This document shows, in pieces, positions 1 through 10,030 of a stretch of 24,000 bases of DNA. The stretch's first letter is position 1. Each line of letters opens with the position of its first letter. The stretch is from Bacteroidales bacterium. GTDB taxonomy: Bacteria > Bacteroidota > Bacteroidia > Bacteroidales > UBA7332. The stretch lies in NCBI GenBank assembly GCA_049315325.1, contig JBMOKJ010000003.1, positions 30,913 through 54,912 on the forward strand. Reading direction: 5' to 3'. The notes below the pieces were generated by a model. That model did no database searches and was not told where the DNA came from. It was given only the letters and a program-made list of their open reading frames with translations. A program made the position numbers and the translations under genes.

Positions 1-2
1 AT

Positions 3-68
3 TTGGAGGAGTTTACAGACCCCGAATTAGAGGATGGCTTCGATTTTGATTTCGACTTTGAAGAGTGA
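3..68 (+). CDS. 3' end of an uncharacterised protein with an acidic, Phe/Asp-rich tail (partial, cut by window edge)
   Basis: The frame from position 3 reads LEEFTDPELEDGFDFDFDFEE* and ends at TGA 66-68. It precedes the comEB-like gene on the same strand. Confidence 0.5.
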   Translation: MEEFTDPELEDGFDFDFDFEE

Positions 69-217
69 TTTTGTCGTGTAAATTTAATTCTGTTTTTCTT
101 CACTATTTGTTGAATAATATTGGATATTATTTCTAAATTTGTTTCAGGATTTATCCATTTTACAAAATAAAATATTGTGTTGTAATTTGTTGATAATCTA
201 TTACTTGTATAAATTTT

Positions 218-652
218 ATGGAGGATAAATTAGATAAACAAACGGCTTTGGATTTGCGCTATTTACGTATGGCACTCATCTGGGCTGAAAATTCTTACTG
301 CAAACGTAGACAAGTAGGGGCATTGGTTGTCAAAAATAAGATGATTATCTCAGATGGATACAATGGAACTCCCTCTGGTTTTGAAAATAATTGCGAAGAC
401 GAAAATGGAATCACATTCCCGTTTGTGCTTCATGCGGAGGCAAATGCGATTACAAAACTTGCCACATCGCACAACAGTAGCAAGGGCGCTACGCTCTACA
501 TCACTACAGCTCCGTGTATCGAATGTTCAAAATTGATTATTCAATCGGGCATTGAGCGTGTTGTTTATGCCGATAAATACCGTTTTGAAGATGGATTGTT
601 GTTGCTCCAAAAATCGGGTATTGATGTGGTAAATTTAAAATTGACAGAATAA
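218..652 (+). CDS. comEB: dCMP deaminase family protein (ComEB-like cytidine/deoxycytidylate deaminase)
   Basis: 144 aa ORF with the deaminase zinc motifs HAEANAI and TTAPCIECSKLI, and the substrate-loop signature GYNGTPSGFENNCED. Confidence 0.93.
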   Translation: MEDKLDKQTALDLRYLRMALIWAENSYCKRRQVGALVVKNKMIISDGYNGTPSGFENNCEDENGITFPFVLHAEANAITKLATSHNSSKGATLYITTAPCIECSKLIIQSGIERVVYADKYRFEDGLLLLQKSGIDVVNLKLTE

Positions 653-658
653 GACTGA

Positions 659-2299
659 ATGAATATGAATTCGAATAAACGCTATATTTTATACCTCGTA
701 CTTACATTGATTGTAGGTCTGTTTTTGGGTGTCTATTTCTCAAATGCACTTTTAAAGAAGCTTCCGATTCTCAATAACAACAAGTTTGGGGCCATTCTCA
801 ACTTGGTTTCTAAGAAATATGTTGACTCGATTTCTGTAGATGATTTAACGGAAAAGGCTATACCGTTGGTTATCGCGGGTCTTGATCCCCATTCTGTCTA
901 TATTCCAGCATCCGATTTGCAGAGTGTGAACGAAGATTTAGAAGGTCGTTTCAGTGGAATCGGAGTGCAATTCAACATTACGCGAGATACCGTTACTGTG
1001 GTGAGTGTGATTACGGGTGGACCCTCAGAAAAAGTTGGCTTGATGCCAGGCGACCGCATTGTGACAATCAACGATACTACGTTTGTTGGCAAGAAAGTGA
1101 CCAACGAGCGAGTGATGAAAAAACTGCGAGGAAAAGACGGCTCAATCGTTAAGATTGGCATCAAACGCTCTTCTTCACCGAAGCTGCTCTCGTTTAAAAT
1201 CGAGCGAGGCGAAATTCCAGTGAATAGTGTCGATGTGGCCTATCGCGTTGAATCAAATATTGGCTACATCAAAATCAGCAAGTTTGGCGAAACTACGTAC
1301 GACGAGTTTGTATCGGCGTTAGCGAAACTCCAAAATCAAAAGTGTACTAGCTTTGTGATTGATTTGCGTGGAAACCCTGGTGGATTCTACAATATGGCCG
1401 TGCAAATGGTGAACGAATTTATGCCCGAAGGTCGCTTGTTGGTCTACACCGAAGGTAAAACAATGCCTCGTGAAGATGCAGTTTCTGACGGTACGGGTAC
1501 GATGCAAAACAACCAAATCGTGGTGTTAATTGATGAATTTTCAGCATCTTCGAGCGAGATTTTCGCTGGAGCAATTCAAGATAACGACCGAGGTTTGATC
1601 ATTGGACGACGCTCGTATGGCAAAGGATTGGTGCAACAGCAATACCCATTGGCTGATGGATCAGCATTGCGTCTGACCATAGCACGCTACTACACCCCAT
1701 CGGGTCGATGCATTCAGAAGCAGTATCAAATGGGCGGTGGCGAAGACTACGAGCAGGATATTGTAAAGCGCTATCTACATGGCGAGTTTGACTCGCAAGA
1801 CAGTGTGAAACTGAACAAGAAGAAAGCCTTTAAAACCATTACAGGCCGTAAGGTCTATGCTGGTGGTGGCATTATGCCCGATATATTTGTCCCAAGAGAT
1901 AAAACTGGGTTGAATTCGTACTACAACAGCTTATTTGACAGCGGAGCAATTTACCAGTTTTGCTTCGAATATGCCGATAAAAACCGTGCAACATTGTCGC
2001 AATTTAAGAATTACAAGCAGTTGGTTGAATATTTGAAAACGCAAGATATTGTGGGTGAAGTGACTGATTATGCCAATGAAAAAGGGGTGAGAAGACGTCC
2101 GATTTACATTGAAATGTCGCGTCGTTTAATTGAATTGCAAGCACATGCACTCATAGCAAGGAATCTAATGGGTGACGATGCATTTTACCCTATCTTCTTG
2201 CAAGATGATGCCACATTGAAAAAAGCCGTTGAGGTTTTAAAGAATAGAGAAGCACAGAAGCTAGCGGCTAAGGCACTTGCTGTAGCTCCGTCAAAATAA
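659..2299 (+). CDS. S41 family carboxy-terminal processing peptidase (CtpA/Prc-like) with PDZ domain
   Basis: 546 aa ORF with an N-terminal TM/signal, a PDZ domain (GIGVQFNITRDTVTVVSVITGGPSEKVGLMPGDRI), the core DLRGNPGG, and the catalytic Ser region FSASSSEIFAGAIQDNDRGLIIGRRSYGKG. Confidence 0.95.
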   Translation: MNMNSNKRYILYLVLTLIVGLFLGVYFSNALLKKLPILNNNKFGAILNLVSKKYVDSISVDDLTEKAIPLVIAGLDPHSVYIPASDLQSVNEDLEGRFSGIGVQFNITRDTVTVVSVITGGPSEKVGLMPGDRIVTINDTTFVGKKVTNERVMKKLRGKDGSIVKIGIKRSSSPKLLSFKIERGEIPVNSVDVAYRVESNIGYIKISKFGETTYDEFVSALAKLQNQKCTSFVIDLRGNPGGFYNMAVQMVNEFMPEGRLLVYTEGKTMPREDAVSDGTGTMQNNQIVVLIDEFSASSSEIFAGAIQDNDRGLIIGRRSYGKGLVQQQYPLADGSALRLTIARYYTPSGRCIQKQYQMGGGEDYEQDIVKRYLHGEFDSQDSVKLNKKKAFKTITGRKVYAGGGIMPDIFVPRDKTGLNSYYNSLFDSGAIYQFCFEYADKNRATLSQFKNYKQLVEYLKTQDIVGEVTDYANEKGVRRRPIYIEMSRRLIELQAHALIARNLMGDDAFYPIFLQDDATLKKAVEVLKNREAQKLAAKALAVAPSK

Positions 2300-2834
2300 T
2301 ATCGACCGATTGGTCAAAGTCTAAGGTGGGAATTGTTTCGAAAAGTTGAAAATCGAAGCAGATTCCCACTTTTTTTGCCTTGATTTTGGGCAGTAGTCTG
2401 TCGTAAAACCCTTTACCATAACCGATGCGCTGCCCATTTTTGTCGAACGCAACTCCGGGCACGATGACTAAGTCTATAATTGAATAGCCTACTATCGTTT
2501 CGCCCATCGGCTCCTGTACGCCAAAGGCTCCTTCTTTTAGCCGATCTTCTCCTTCGAATGGCTTAATCAGAAGTTCATCATCTGATACAACTGGTAGAAA
2601 AATGTTTTTAGTGGTAGAATTCCGAAGAATTGCATTACGAGTTTCCACTTCAAACGGAAGAGCATCGTAGAATAGGATGTTTTTTGCGGATTGAAACTCA
2701 GGCAACAATTCCAGTTTTGCCAAGATAATTGTAGACCAATGATTCAGTTGCTCTTTGCCAAATTCTCGCTTTTGACGAAAAATGGCACTTCTTAGCAATC
2801 GCTTTTCGTCTGCAATCGTGTTAGCGGTTTTCAT
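2268..2834 (-). CDS. 5-formyltetrahydrofolate cyclo-ligase
   Basis: 188 aa with the family motifs FYDALPFEVET, DLVIVPGVAFDKNGQRIGYGKGFYDRLL and KVGICFDFQ. Confidence 0.93.
   Translation of the reverse strand: MKTANTIADEKRLLRSAIFRQKREFGKEQLNHWSTIILAKLELLPEFQSAKNILFYDALPFEVETRNAILRNSTTKNIFLPVVSDDELLIKPFEGEDRLKEGAFGVQEPMGETIVGYSIIDLVIVPGVAFDKNGQRIGYGKGFYDRLLPKIKAKKVGICFDFQLFETIPTLDFDQSVDIILTELQQVP
2326..2376 (+). terminator. Rho-independent-type terminator for the S41 peptidase, embedded in the convergent gene
   Basis: GTGGGAAT (2326-2333) ... ATTCCCAC (2362-2369) followed by T7 (2370-2376). There is an additional inner TTCGA/TCGAA pairing. Confidence 0.6.
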
Positions 2835-3234
2835 ATTGGTCTATTGCTTCACGCCATTCGTCAGAAATCACTTTCGATTGCTTCAATTCGGGGTGATAGC
2901 CCACCATAACGGTGTGACAGATGCTTTTGACTTTGTTGGTCTCTAAATTCACCAAGTGCTGCAGTATTTTTACACTTTTGTTTCCAATGCCTGTCACTTT
3001 GGTCTGTACTTCGAGCTTTTCGTGCATATAAGTCGGTTCGAAAAAGTCGATGTTCACATTGGCAACAACAATGTCTATTTTTGTCCAGTCTATGATCTCT
3101 TTCTTTACCGTTTGAAAGTAGTCAGACTTTCCTAAATCGAAGTAAGTGAGGTATATTGCGTTGTTCACGTGACCGAGCGAGTCGATGTCGTTGAATCTGA
3201 GTTGAATGGGTAAGTGATGATTGAAATTTTCCAT
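2821..3234 (-). CDS. Acyl-CoA thioesterase (4-hydroxybenzoyl-CoA thioesterase-like hotdog fold)
   Basis: 137 aa with the hotdog signature RFNDIDSLGHVNNAIYLTYFDLGKSDYF. It overlaps the 5-FCL start by 14 bp. Confidence 0.88.
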   Translation of the reverse strand: MENFNHHLPIQLRFNDIDSLGHVNNAIYLTYFDLGKSDYFQTVKKEIIDWTKIDIVVANVNIDFFEPTYMHEKLEVQTKVTGIGNKSVKILQHLVNLETNKVKSICHTVMVGYHPELKQSKVISDEWREAIDQYENR

Positions 3235-3247
3235 AATTTGTTGTTAT

Positions 3248-3538
3248 TTATCTGAATACGATTTCTGAAATTACCTCTCTTCCGACGTGTTCGTTTAGAC
3301 GAAAGAGGATTTTTTCGCGATTCATCTGGAGTTCTTGCCTTAAAACCGATGAATTTAGTTGCACATAAAGTACGCTGTTTTTTATAAAGAGCGATTTCGT
3401 GTAACTTGCCACCGATTTGCCCAATACAGCTTCCCACGCACTCACCAAATGAGTTTCGTCGAAACGCTTATCCAGCTTGTTCTCCTTGAGGAATTGGCTG
3501 ATAGCTTCGCCTATTGATAGGGCATTTTTGTGCTGCAT
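3248..3538 (-). CDS. DUF721 (DciA-like) domain-containing protein
   Basis: 96 aa. The sequence VSAWEAVLGKSVASYTKSLFIKNSVLYVQLNSSVLRQELQMNREKIL is typical of DUF721 proteins encoded next to recF. Confidence 0.85.
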   Translation of the reverse strand: MQHKNALSIGEAISQFLKENKLDKRFDETHLVSAWEAVLGKSVASYTKSLFIKNSVLYVQLNSSVLRQELQMNREKILFRLNEHVGREVISEIVFR

Positions 3539-3544
3539 TTATTC

Positions 3545-4642
3545 TTATAATTGCGTAAATCCACCATTCTCAACTTGATAGAGGTGGTAGTTTTGATGTG
3601 CTTCTGCTATTATTTTGTCGAGGTATTTTCGGTTGGTGTCGGTGATAAAAATCTGACCGAACGTTTCGCCAGAAACCAAACGAATAATTTTCTCTACCCG
3701 AAGCGCGTCAATTTTATCAAATATATCATCAAGTAAAAGAATGGGAGTAGTTTCACTCGCACGCTTCAGAAACATAAACTGAGAAAGCTTCAGCGCAATC
3801 AAGTAGGTCTTGTTTTGACCTTGAGAACCAACCCGTTTGAGTGGGTATTCGCCAAGTTGCATCTCCAAGTCATCTTTATGGATTCCTTTGGTTGTGAAGC
3901 CAAGTATTTGGTCCTTTTGTCGAGAAAGGCGCAGTTGTTCCATCAGATTTCCATCCTTTAGATGTGAGTCGTATTCTAGCGAAACGCTCTCGTTGCCATC
4001 GCAAATAAAGGTGTAATATTCTTGGAAAATTGGGGTGAAATCGGTGATAAACTTACACCGCTTTTCGTAAATATATTCGGCTGCTTGGGTCATTTGCTCT
4101 TCGAGAATTTCCATCAGCGAGAAGTCGTTTCCAGAAACACTGTTTTTGAGCATGGCATTACGTTGGGTCAACGCTTTGTTGTAACGAATCAGGGCATCAA
4201 GATAGATGCGGTCTGATTGCGAAATCACCTGATCGATGAATTTTCGGCGCTCTTCACTGCCTCCGAGAATCAAAACCGAATCTTCGGGCGAAATCATCAC
4301 CAAAGGCAGTAGCCCGATGTGATCGGAGAGGCGTTCGTACTCTTTTTTGTTTCGCTTAAACTGCTTTTTCTGCTTCCGTTTCATGCCGCAGTATAGTTCT
4401 TCGTCTTTACCTTGAAGGTCGTAAAACCCTTGAATCATAAAAAACTCTTCTTCGTGACGAATGTTCTGATTGTCAATGGTATTCGAAAAACTTTTACAAA
4501 AGGAGAGGTAGTAGATGGCATCCAACACGTTCGTTTTTCCCATACCATTGTTTCCCAAAAAACAGTTTATTTTTGGAGAAAATAAGAAATCTGCCTGAAT
4601 AATATTTTTGTAATTTACAATCGAAATCTGCTTCAGAAACAT
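3545..4642 (-). CDS. recF: DNA replication/repair protein RecF
   Basis: 365 aa SMC-like ATPase: NCFLGNNGMGKTNVLDAIYYLSFCKS (Walker A), KGIHKDDLEMQL, KRVGSQGQNKTYLIALKLSQF (signature), PILLLDDIFDKID (Walker B). Confidence 0.96.
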   Translation of the reverse strand: MFLKQISIVNYKNIIQADFLFSPKINCFLGNNGMGKTNVLDAIYYLSFCKSFSNTIDNQNIRHEEEFFMIQGFYDLQGKDEELYCGMKRKQKKQFKRNKKEYERLSDHIGLLPLVMISPEDSVLILGGSEERRKFIDQVISQSDRIYLDALIRYNKALTQRNAMLKNSVSGNDFSLMEILEEQMTQAAEYIYEKRCKFITDFTPIFQEYYTFICDGNESVSLEYDSHLKDGNLMEQLRLSRQKDQILGFTTKGIHKDDLEMQLGEYPLKRVGSQGQNKTYLIALKLSQFMFLKRASETTPILLLDDIFDKIDALRVEKIIRLVSGETFGQIFITDTNRKYLDKIIAEAHQNYHLYQVENGGFTQL

Positions 4643-4839
4643 AGTTGTAGCGGCTTTTGCTGTGCAAGTTTGGGTTGCACTTCCGACAAAGTTACAATTT
4701 TTCCGAACAATCTTCGATAAACTCCTTGATTTTGGCTTTCGATTGCGAAAAAAGTTTGGTCTAAATTTCGTTTATATCCATAAAAAAACTACTTTTGCCT
4801 TCCAAACTAAAAAACATTTGTCAAAAAATAAAAACGAAT

Positions 4840-5529
4840 ATGGCTGAAAAAAGTAACAAACCAACAGGTACAGATTTGGAGAATGTTCAAGAAGTTCTTA
4901 CTAAATCGGAACAATTTATCGAAAAATATCAAAAGCAAATCCTAATTGGATTGGCCGTTGTCGTTATTGCCGTATCTGGTGGAATGGCATTTAAATATGC
5001 ATACCTGAAGCCAAAAGAAGAAAAAGCTGAAGCTGCGATGTACAAATGTGAGATCTTCTTCCAACAAGATTCATTCAAATTGGCTCTTAACGGAAATGGT
5101 GCTGATGTGATTGGTTTCGAAGGCGTGATTGACGAATATGGAATTACCAAAACATCGAATGTTGCTAAATTTTACGCAGGTATTTGCCACAAAAACTTGG
5201 GTGATTACGCCAAAGCAATCGACTATTTGAGCGACTTTAGTTCAGACGATAAAATGCTGAAACCTGCTGCAATCTCTGCAATCGGCGATTGTCAAGTAGA
5301 GATGGGCAATGTAGCTGATGCTGCCGAGTCTTTCGAAAAAGCGGCAAAAGTGGCAAACAACGAACTACTATCTCCAATCAACTTGAAGAAAGCAGGATTG
5401 GCTTACGAAAATCTGAAGAAATTCGACAAAGCAATCGAGGTTTATACTACCATTAAAGAGAAATACTTCAATACTCAGGAAGCTGCTGACATCGACAAAT
5501 ACATCGAAAGAGCGAAATTGAATCAATAA
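4840..5529 (+). CDS. Tetratricopeptide-repeat membrane protein (YfgM/BamD-like helical repeat)
   Basis: The start is more plausible at ATG 4840 ([10 protein letters not shown]...) than at 4795. It has one TM helix ([18 protein letters not shown]) and several TPR-like motifs. Confidence 0.85.
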   Translation: MAEKSNKPTGTDLENVQEVLTKSEQFIEKYQKQILIGLAVVVIAVSGGMAFKYAYLKPKEEKAEAAMYKCEIFFQQDSFKLALNGNGADVIGFEGVIDEYGITKTSNVAKFYAGICHKNLGDYAKAIDYLSDFSSDDKMLKPAAISAIGDCQVEMGNVADAAESFEKAAKVANNELLSPINLKKAGLAYENLKKFDKAIEVYTTIKEKYFNTQEAADIDKYIERAKLNQ

Positions 5530-6020
5530 TGGCAACAGCTTATCAGAATCTCTCTTCCTACAATGCCGATTTAGTGCCTGATGCGTCTGAAATGCATTTT
5601 GGTATTGTGGTGGCAGAGTGGAACCCCAATATTACCGAACCTTTGCTTGAGGGCGCTGTGAACACGCTCGAAAAGCATGGTGCAAAAGCAGAAAACATAC
5701 TTGTTACACGAGTGCCTGGCACTTTTGAATTGACTTTTGGTGCACGCGAAGTGGCAGAAAGTGCTGAAGTGGATGCTGTAATCGTGCTCGGCTGTGTTGT
5801 TCGAGGCGATACACCGCACTTTGATTACGTTTGTCAGGGAGTTACGCTTGGTATCACGAAACTGAATTTGCTTTTTACTATTCCGTTTATATTCGGTGTT
5901 TTAACTACCGATACGATGCAACAATCGCTCGATAGAGCAGGCGGAATCCACGGTAACAAGGGCGATGAAGCTGCAATTACTGCAATAAAAATGGCAAATT
6001 TCTCTTGCCAGATTAAATAA
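5529..6020 (+). CDS. ribH: 6,7-dimethyl-8-ribityllumazine synthase
   Basis: 163 aa with LumS motifs [64 protein letters not shown], and [15 protein letters not shown]. The start overlaps the upstream stop (TAATG). Confidence 0.96.
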   Translation: MATAYQNLSSYNADLVPDASEMHFGIVVAEWNPNITEPLLEGAVNTLEKHGAKAENILVTRVPGTFELTFGAREVAESAEVDAVIVLGCVVRGDTPHFDYVCQGVTLGITKLNLLFTIPFIFGVLTTDTMQQSLDRAGGIHGNKGDEAAITAIKMANFSCQIK

Positions 6021-6049
6021 AAGGATTACCTTTGCAACGCATTTAAAAA

Positions 6050-6131
6050 GGGCGATTACCAGAGTGGCCAAATGGGGCAGACTGTAAATCTGCTGGTAGT
6101 ACCTTCGGTGGTTCGAATCCATCATCGCCCA
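6050..6131 (+). tRNA. tRNA-Tyr (GTA)
   Basis: Acceptor GGGCGAT/ATCGCCC, anticodon loop CTGTAAA in stem CAGA/TCTG, class II variable arm, T arm GGTTCGAATCC. CCA is not encoded. Confidence 0.92.
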
Positions 6132-6165
6132 CAACCGATTTGTAATTTACAGTTGCAAATCACCC

Positions 6166-6238
6166 GCGGGAGTAGCTCAGTTGATAGAGCATTAGCCTTC
6201 CAAGCTGAGGGTCGCGGGTTTGAGTCCCGTCTCCCGCT
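6166..6238 (+). tRNA. tRNA-Gly (TCC)
   Basis: Acceptor GCGGGAG/CTCCCGC, D arm GCTCAGTTGATAGAGC, anticodon loop CTTCCAA in stem TTAGC/GCTGA, T arm CGGGTTTGAGTCCCG. Confidence 0.93.
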
Positions 6239-6245
6239 CACAAAT

Positions 6246-6276
6246 AAAAAAGCACCTCATTGAGGTGCTTTTTTTG
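6246..6276. terminator. Bidirectional terminator hairpin between the tRNAs and the rhodanese gene
   Basis: AGCACCTCA-T-TGAGGTGCT perfect 9 bp stem (6251-6269), flanked by A-rich and T7 tracts. Confidence 0.85.
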
Positions 6277-6297
6277 TTTCGGTATATGCTTGTTGTA

Positions 6298-6642
6298 CTA
6301 TTCGTCTTCAATGTCATCCACTGGTTTGCCGCTATCGAGCCATTCCATAATGCCACCGCCAAGTTCATATACTTGCAATCCAATGGATATCATCTCTTTA
6401 GCTGCCAGTTTACTTCTTACGCCACTGCGACAATAGATGGCGACAGGCTTTGTTTTATCTAACTCAGCAATTTGCTCTGTGAAGAATCCAGTAGGGTCAG
6501 TCACATTCATATTTACTGCACCAGAAATGTGTCCGTTGATGTACTCTTCAGTGGTTCTCACATCCACCAATTGCATATCGGGCTGTTGTATCAGTTGCTC
6601 AAACTCATTTGCATGAACCGATGTAAAGCTGTTGTTGCTCAT
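6298..6642 (-). CDS. Rhodanese-like domain protein
   Basis: 114 aa. MQLVDVRTTEEYINGHISGAVNMN and the active-site loop CRSGVRS are present. Confidence 0.9.
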   Translation of the reverse strand: MSNNSFTSVHANEFEQLIQQPDMQLVDVRTTEEYINGHISGAVNMNVTDPTGFFTEQIAELDKTKPVAIYCRSGVRSKLAAKEMISIGLQVYELGGGIMEWLDSGKPVDDIEDE

Positions 6643-6777
6643 TCGTTAACTGTTTTAATTGATTAGGTATTCTGATTTTATAACAACATTGTATTGAAAT
6701 GGTTTATTCTCTTTTGAAAAACTGATGTTAATTAAACCGCTGCACACCTTCGATTTTCTGGTAAGGACGTGCGGAAA

Positions 6778-8514
6778 TTATCGTTCTTGATATTCAAATA
6801 AGGCAGGGGAGTACCCTGAGGTTGAACTTGAGGTTACATTGAAATATGCTTTATTCCCAATTACGAAAACAGTTTTATTACTATCACTACCTCTAATCAC
6901 TGGATAATTTGAAACTTCAACCCATAAATCTATAAGAGAGTTATATTTATATAACTTCATACCTGAATGAAGGATGTAAGCACTATTATTTAATGTAAAT
7001 CCTACATCCGAATAAGATGAATAAGGATAACTGTTTTTTTGAGTCCATGTGTTGTTTGTAATGTCATATTTATATGTATGACCATCGCTTGCAATATACA
7101 ATTCATTGTTAATATTAAATGCAAATAGAAATCCTCTCTCGACTTTTTTCGGGAAGTTACTTGATTTGGTGTACTTTTCGTTTTCAAAATCACATTTCCA
7201 TAGTTCACCTACATCAGAAATCACAAATAATTCGTCATCAATCCAAGAATAGTTACAGATGCCTGAACTAAATGGTGTGTTATTTTTTCTTTTCCAAGAT
7301 TGATTGATAAAGTCAAACTCCCATAATTCATTCATTTTATTGTGTAAATAATCGATTCCACCAAATTTATAAATTTTGTTGTCTATCACAACAAATTTGC
7401 ACCAATCAGATCTTTCTCCTGGAAAGGTAGAAGTTGTGATTTCATGCCAGTCATTTGTTTGAGGATTATATTCTACAAAATTTTTTGAACTGACTTCGTA
7501 AATATATCCTTTACCTGAGTATACAAATGATTGATAATAATATGACCAATCGAATGGAGGTGATTTTAATTGGCTCCAAGATTTTATACACTTTAATGGG
7601 TGAGAAAATTTTATAGTTTTTAGACCATTTTGATAGTGTAATGTGTCTTCGTAGTCGGAAAATAAATTGTTTAAATTATAGGGTACAATAAAGTTTATTG
7701 AATTGTCGTTTGCTGATATTATGGTTGTTGGAAGAGATCCAATAAATAGCGACTTATAAGACCCATTTTTTAATAAATTATTTCCTTCTATTGTCAAAAT
7801 TTCTCCTGAATGTGCACTTGTTTTTGTGATAGATTCAATAGTTGGACCAATTATGTTAAATGTTTCATTCAACTCAGATACTTTATCTCCATTACTAATC
7901 GCTATTTGAGCTTTTCCAACTTTAGTATTGTCAGGAATCCAAAATATTATGGAATCATTTGAGATGCGTTTAATGCTTGCATGTGCATTGTTAACATAAA
8001 TATTATTCTCAGTCGCAATATGATTCATGTATTTGCAGGTCATTATTATACTGCTTCCGTCATATCCTTCTAGTGGAGAAATATTTTTAATTTGAGGGGT
8101 CTCTGAACCTTGGCTGGTAAATGCTACTGTATTCCCTTTTACAAAATAATTTTCTGTTTTTATGTAAGAGTAGCAGCTATATGTATAATTTTTTCTAAAA
8201 TCAGACTCAATGATGATATTGAAATCAGTTACATCTTTTTTCTTTAATAAACTGTATGTGAATTCATTATTATATTTTTTATCATTACAAATAAAACCAT
8301 AATCTAATATTTTATCTGTTCCAGTTGTTAAAACTTTAGCCTCAAGTTTAACTCCGTATTGTCCAATACTCGAAGCTTCCATCGTTGTTAAAACAGGGTA
8401 TTTTCTATTTTTAAATAATTCTTCGTTCTGACATCCAAAAAGAAAAATTAATTGACTTAGCAAAAAAATTGTTACCCCGCAAATTTTTAAAATGTCAATC
8501 CTACAATTAAACAT
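6778..8514 (-). CDS. IPT/TIG-domain and kelch-like beta-propeller lipoprotein
   Basis: 578 aa. It has a lipoprotein-type signal (LLSQLIFLFGC), two TIG-like segments (PQIKNISPLEGYDGSSIIMTCKYM; PTIESITKTSAHSGEILTIEGNNL), and kelch-like repeats (KFVVIDNKIYKFGG..NELWEFDFINQSWKR). Confidence 0.8.
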   Translation of the reverse strand: MFNCRIDILKICGVTIFLLSQLIFLFGCQNEELFKNRKYPVLTTMEASSIGQYGVKLEAKVLTTGTDKILDYGFICNDKKYNNEFTYSLLKKKDVTDFNIIIESDFRKNYTYSCYSYIKTENYFVKGNTVAFTSQGSETPQIKNISPLEGYDGSSIIMTCKYMNHIATENNIYVNNAHASIKRISNDSIIFWIPDNTKVGKAQIAISNGDKVSELNETFNIIGPTIESITKTSAHSGEILTIEGNNLLKNGSYKSLFIGSLPTTIISANDNSINFIVPYNLNNLFSDYEDTLHYQNGLKTIKFSHPLKCIKSWSQLKSPPFDWSYYYQSFVYSGKGYIYEVSSKNFVEYNPQTNDWHEITTSTFPGERSDWCKFVVIDNKIYKFGGIDYLHNKMNELWEFDFINQSWKRKNNTPFSSGICNYSWIDDELFVISDVGELWKCDFENEKYTKSSNFPKKVERGFLFAFNINNELYIASDGHTYKYDITNNTWTQKNSYPYSSYSDVGFTLNNSAYILHSGMKLYKYNSLIDLWVEVSNYPVIRGSDSNKTVFVIGNKAYFNVTSSSTSGYSPALFEYQER

Positions 8515-9623
8515 ATTTCTCTATTATTTAGATGATCGCCTCCCGAATAAATTGCCTCAAGTTTGTTATATCTTAATTCAAATGACGGTTTAAACTTTCC
8601 AAAGAGTTGGTGCCCAAATCCAAATCCAATTGTATATCCAATTAACCAGTCATTTAGAATGTTGGGTTGAGTTGGTTCTAATATTTCAACTCTATTGTCA
8701 GAAATCAAAGCTGCATACAAAGTACTTTTTTTCTTGAAATTATAGCCGGCTATTGGTCCTAAACTTATGTAAGGACTATATGCTCTTTTGGTTAGAAGGT
8801 ATTTTAATTGGACTGGAAACTTGATAGATGAATAATCCCCCAACAAATCGTAATCAGTTGTTTTATTATTAATGTTTACATTCATTGCATGATATATAAA
8901 AGAATATCTTGAAAAATAAATTTCTGTTTTTATCGAAAAAGAACTATATTCTATTGGTATTTCATTAAAAAGTCCAATCGAAAAAGAATTCAAAAATAAA
9001 AAATTCATATTTGCGATACCCACAAGCGACATTTGATCAGAATTTACAAATTTGCTAAATTCAAATGAAGCTCTAACACCCCATTTATATTTGGAAAGTT
9101 CATATACTTTACCTTTGTTCAGCCTGCTTAAAAATTCCGAAATCGAACCAAGATTATATTCTACAGTTTGAATTATTTCATTAATATTTTTATAACTCTG
9201 TGAGATTTCAAGTAATTTATCACGATAGTTGTCTTTAGTCAATTCACAAAATAATATATTTTTGACTGAGTTCTGCTCCAAAAAATATCTATTGTTTGAA
9301 TTTTGGTATAAACAATACAAGTTATAGTCGCCTTGTACTACTAACTCCATGAAAAAATTTTCATTCTTCGAACCATTAATAATGCTTTTAGATCTGAAGA
9401 TTCGGCCGTCCGCATAGCCAAATTCTTTAATTTCATACGGAGAATACTTTTGGAGTTCACCATTTTGTTTTTTCTCAATTAAGTAAAAAGTGTTTTTAAT
9501 ACCCCATTCCTCTACAATATTAATACCGGTATAAAGGATCGAGTCACTAAGGATATAATTCTTTTGTGAGAAAGATGATAAAGACAAAGCCCAAAATACA
9601 AAAGCGATTTTATAACACTTCAT
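8487..9623 (-). CDS. Outer-membrane beta-barrel family protein, partner of the TIG/kelch lipoprotein
   Basis: Likely start at MKCYKIAFVFWALSLSSFSQ (signal peptide), 9623. The C-terminal half has alternating aromatic beta strands ending in REICLIVGLTF. It overlaps the downstream lipoprotein ORF by 28 bp. Confidence 0.72.
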   Translation of the reverse strand: MKCYKIAFVFWALSLSSFSQKNYILSDSILYTGINIVEEWGIKNTFYLIEKKQNGELQKYSPYEIKEFGYADGRIFRSKSIINGSKNENFFMELVVQGDYNLYCLYQNSNNRYFLEQNSVKNILFCELTKDNYRDKLLEISQSYKNINEIIQTVEYNLGSISEFLSRLNKGKVYELSKYKWGVRASFEFSKFVNSDQMSLVGIANMNFLFLNSFSIGLFNEIPIEYSSFSIKTEIYFSRYSFIYHAMNVNINNKTTDYDLLGDYSSIKFPVQLKYLLTKRAYSPYISLGPIAGYNFKKKSTLYAALISDNRVEILEPTQPNILNDWLIGYTIGFGFGHQLFGKFKPSFELRYNKLEAIYSGGDHLNNREICLIVGLTF

Positions 9624-9914
9624 AGAGTGATTTAATATATTATTTTTTTTTACTTTCAGCAAAATTACAAACATTAATCAATAATATGAAATTTTTCAGT
9701 ATTTATATATAAGGTTTTTCACAATAATTTTTAAACTCTTTGCATATTACATTTTAGATATAATCTATAATGTTCTTTTGATTCATCTTTTTCTAGTCGG
9801 GTTGGATTTGCTGTGGGTTACTTTCAATAACACAAGAATCTGTCTTTCTATAATATATTGATTGGATTTTTGGATTGAAAACATGATTGTCGCAGGCAAG
9901 TTCTTATATAAAGA

Positions 9915-9942
9915 AAAAGGCAGATTTAAATCCGCCTTTTTC
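9915..9942 (-). terminator. Terminator for the ABC exporter operon
   Basis: The minus strand reads AAAAAGGCGGATTTAAATCTGCCTTTTTC, a near-perfect stem followed by T's. Confidence 0.7.
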
Positions 9943-9986
9943 AAAGTCACAAACTCTAGTAATCTGTGGCTGATGTTATTTGTCAA

Positions 9987-10013
9987 CCGCTAAGCGCATA
10001 ACGCGCTAAGCGG
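9987..10013. repeat. REP-like imperfect palindrome, CGCTAAGCG family, copy 1
   Basis: CCGCTAAGCGC-ATAAC-GCGCTAAGCGG. Arms are complementary except for one central mismatch. Confidence 0.6.
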
Positions 10014-10030
10014 ATATGGATAGTGGTTGT

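Noticed and set aside
4795-4839. N-terminal extension of the TPR protein (MPSKLKNICQKIKTN)
   Set aside because: ATG 4840 gives a typical start, and the extension lies in the AT-rich leader.
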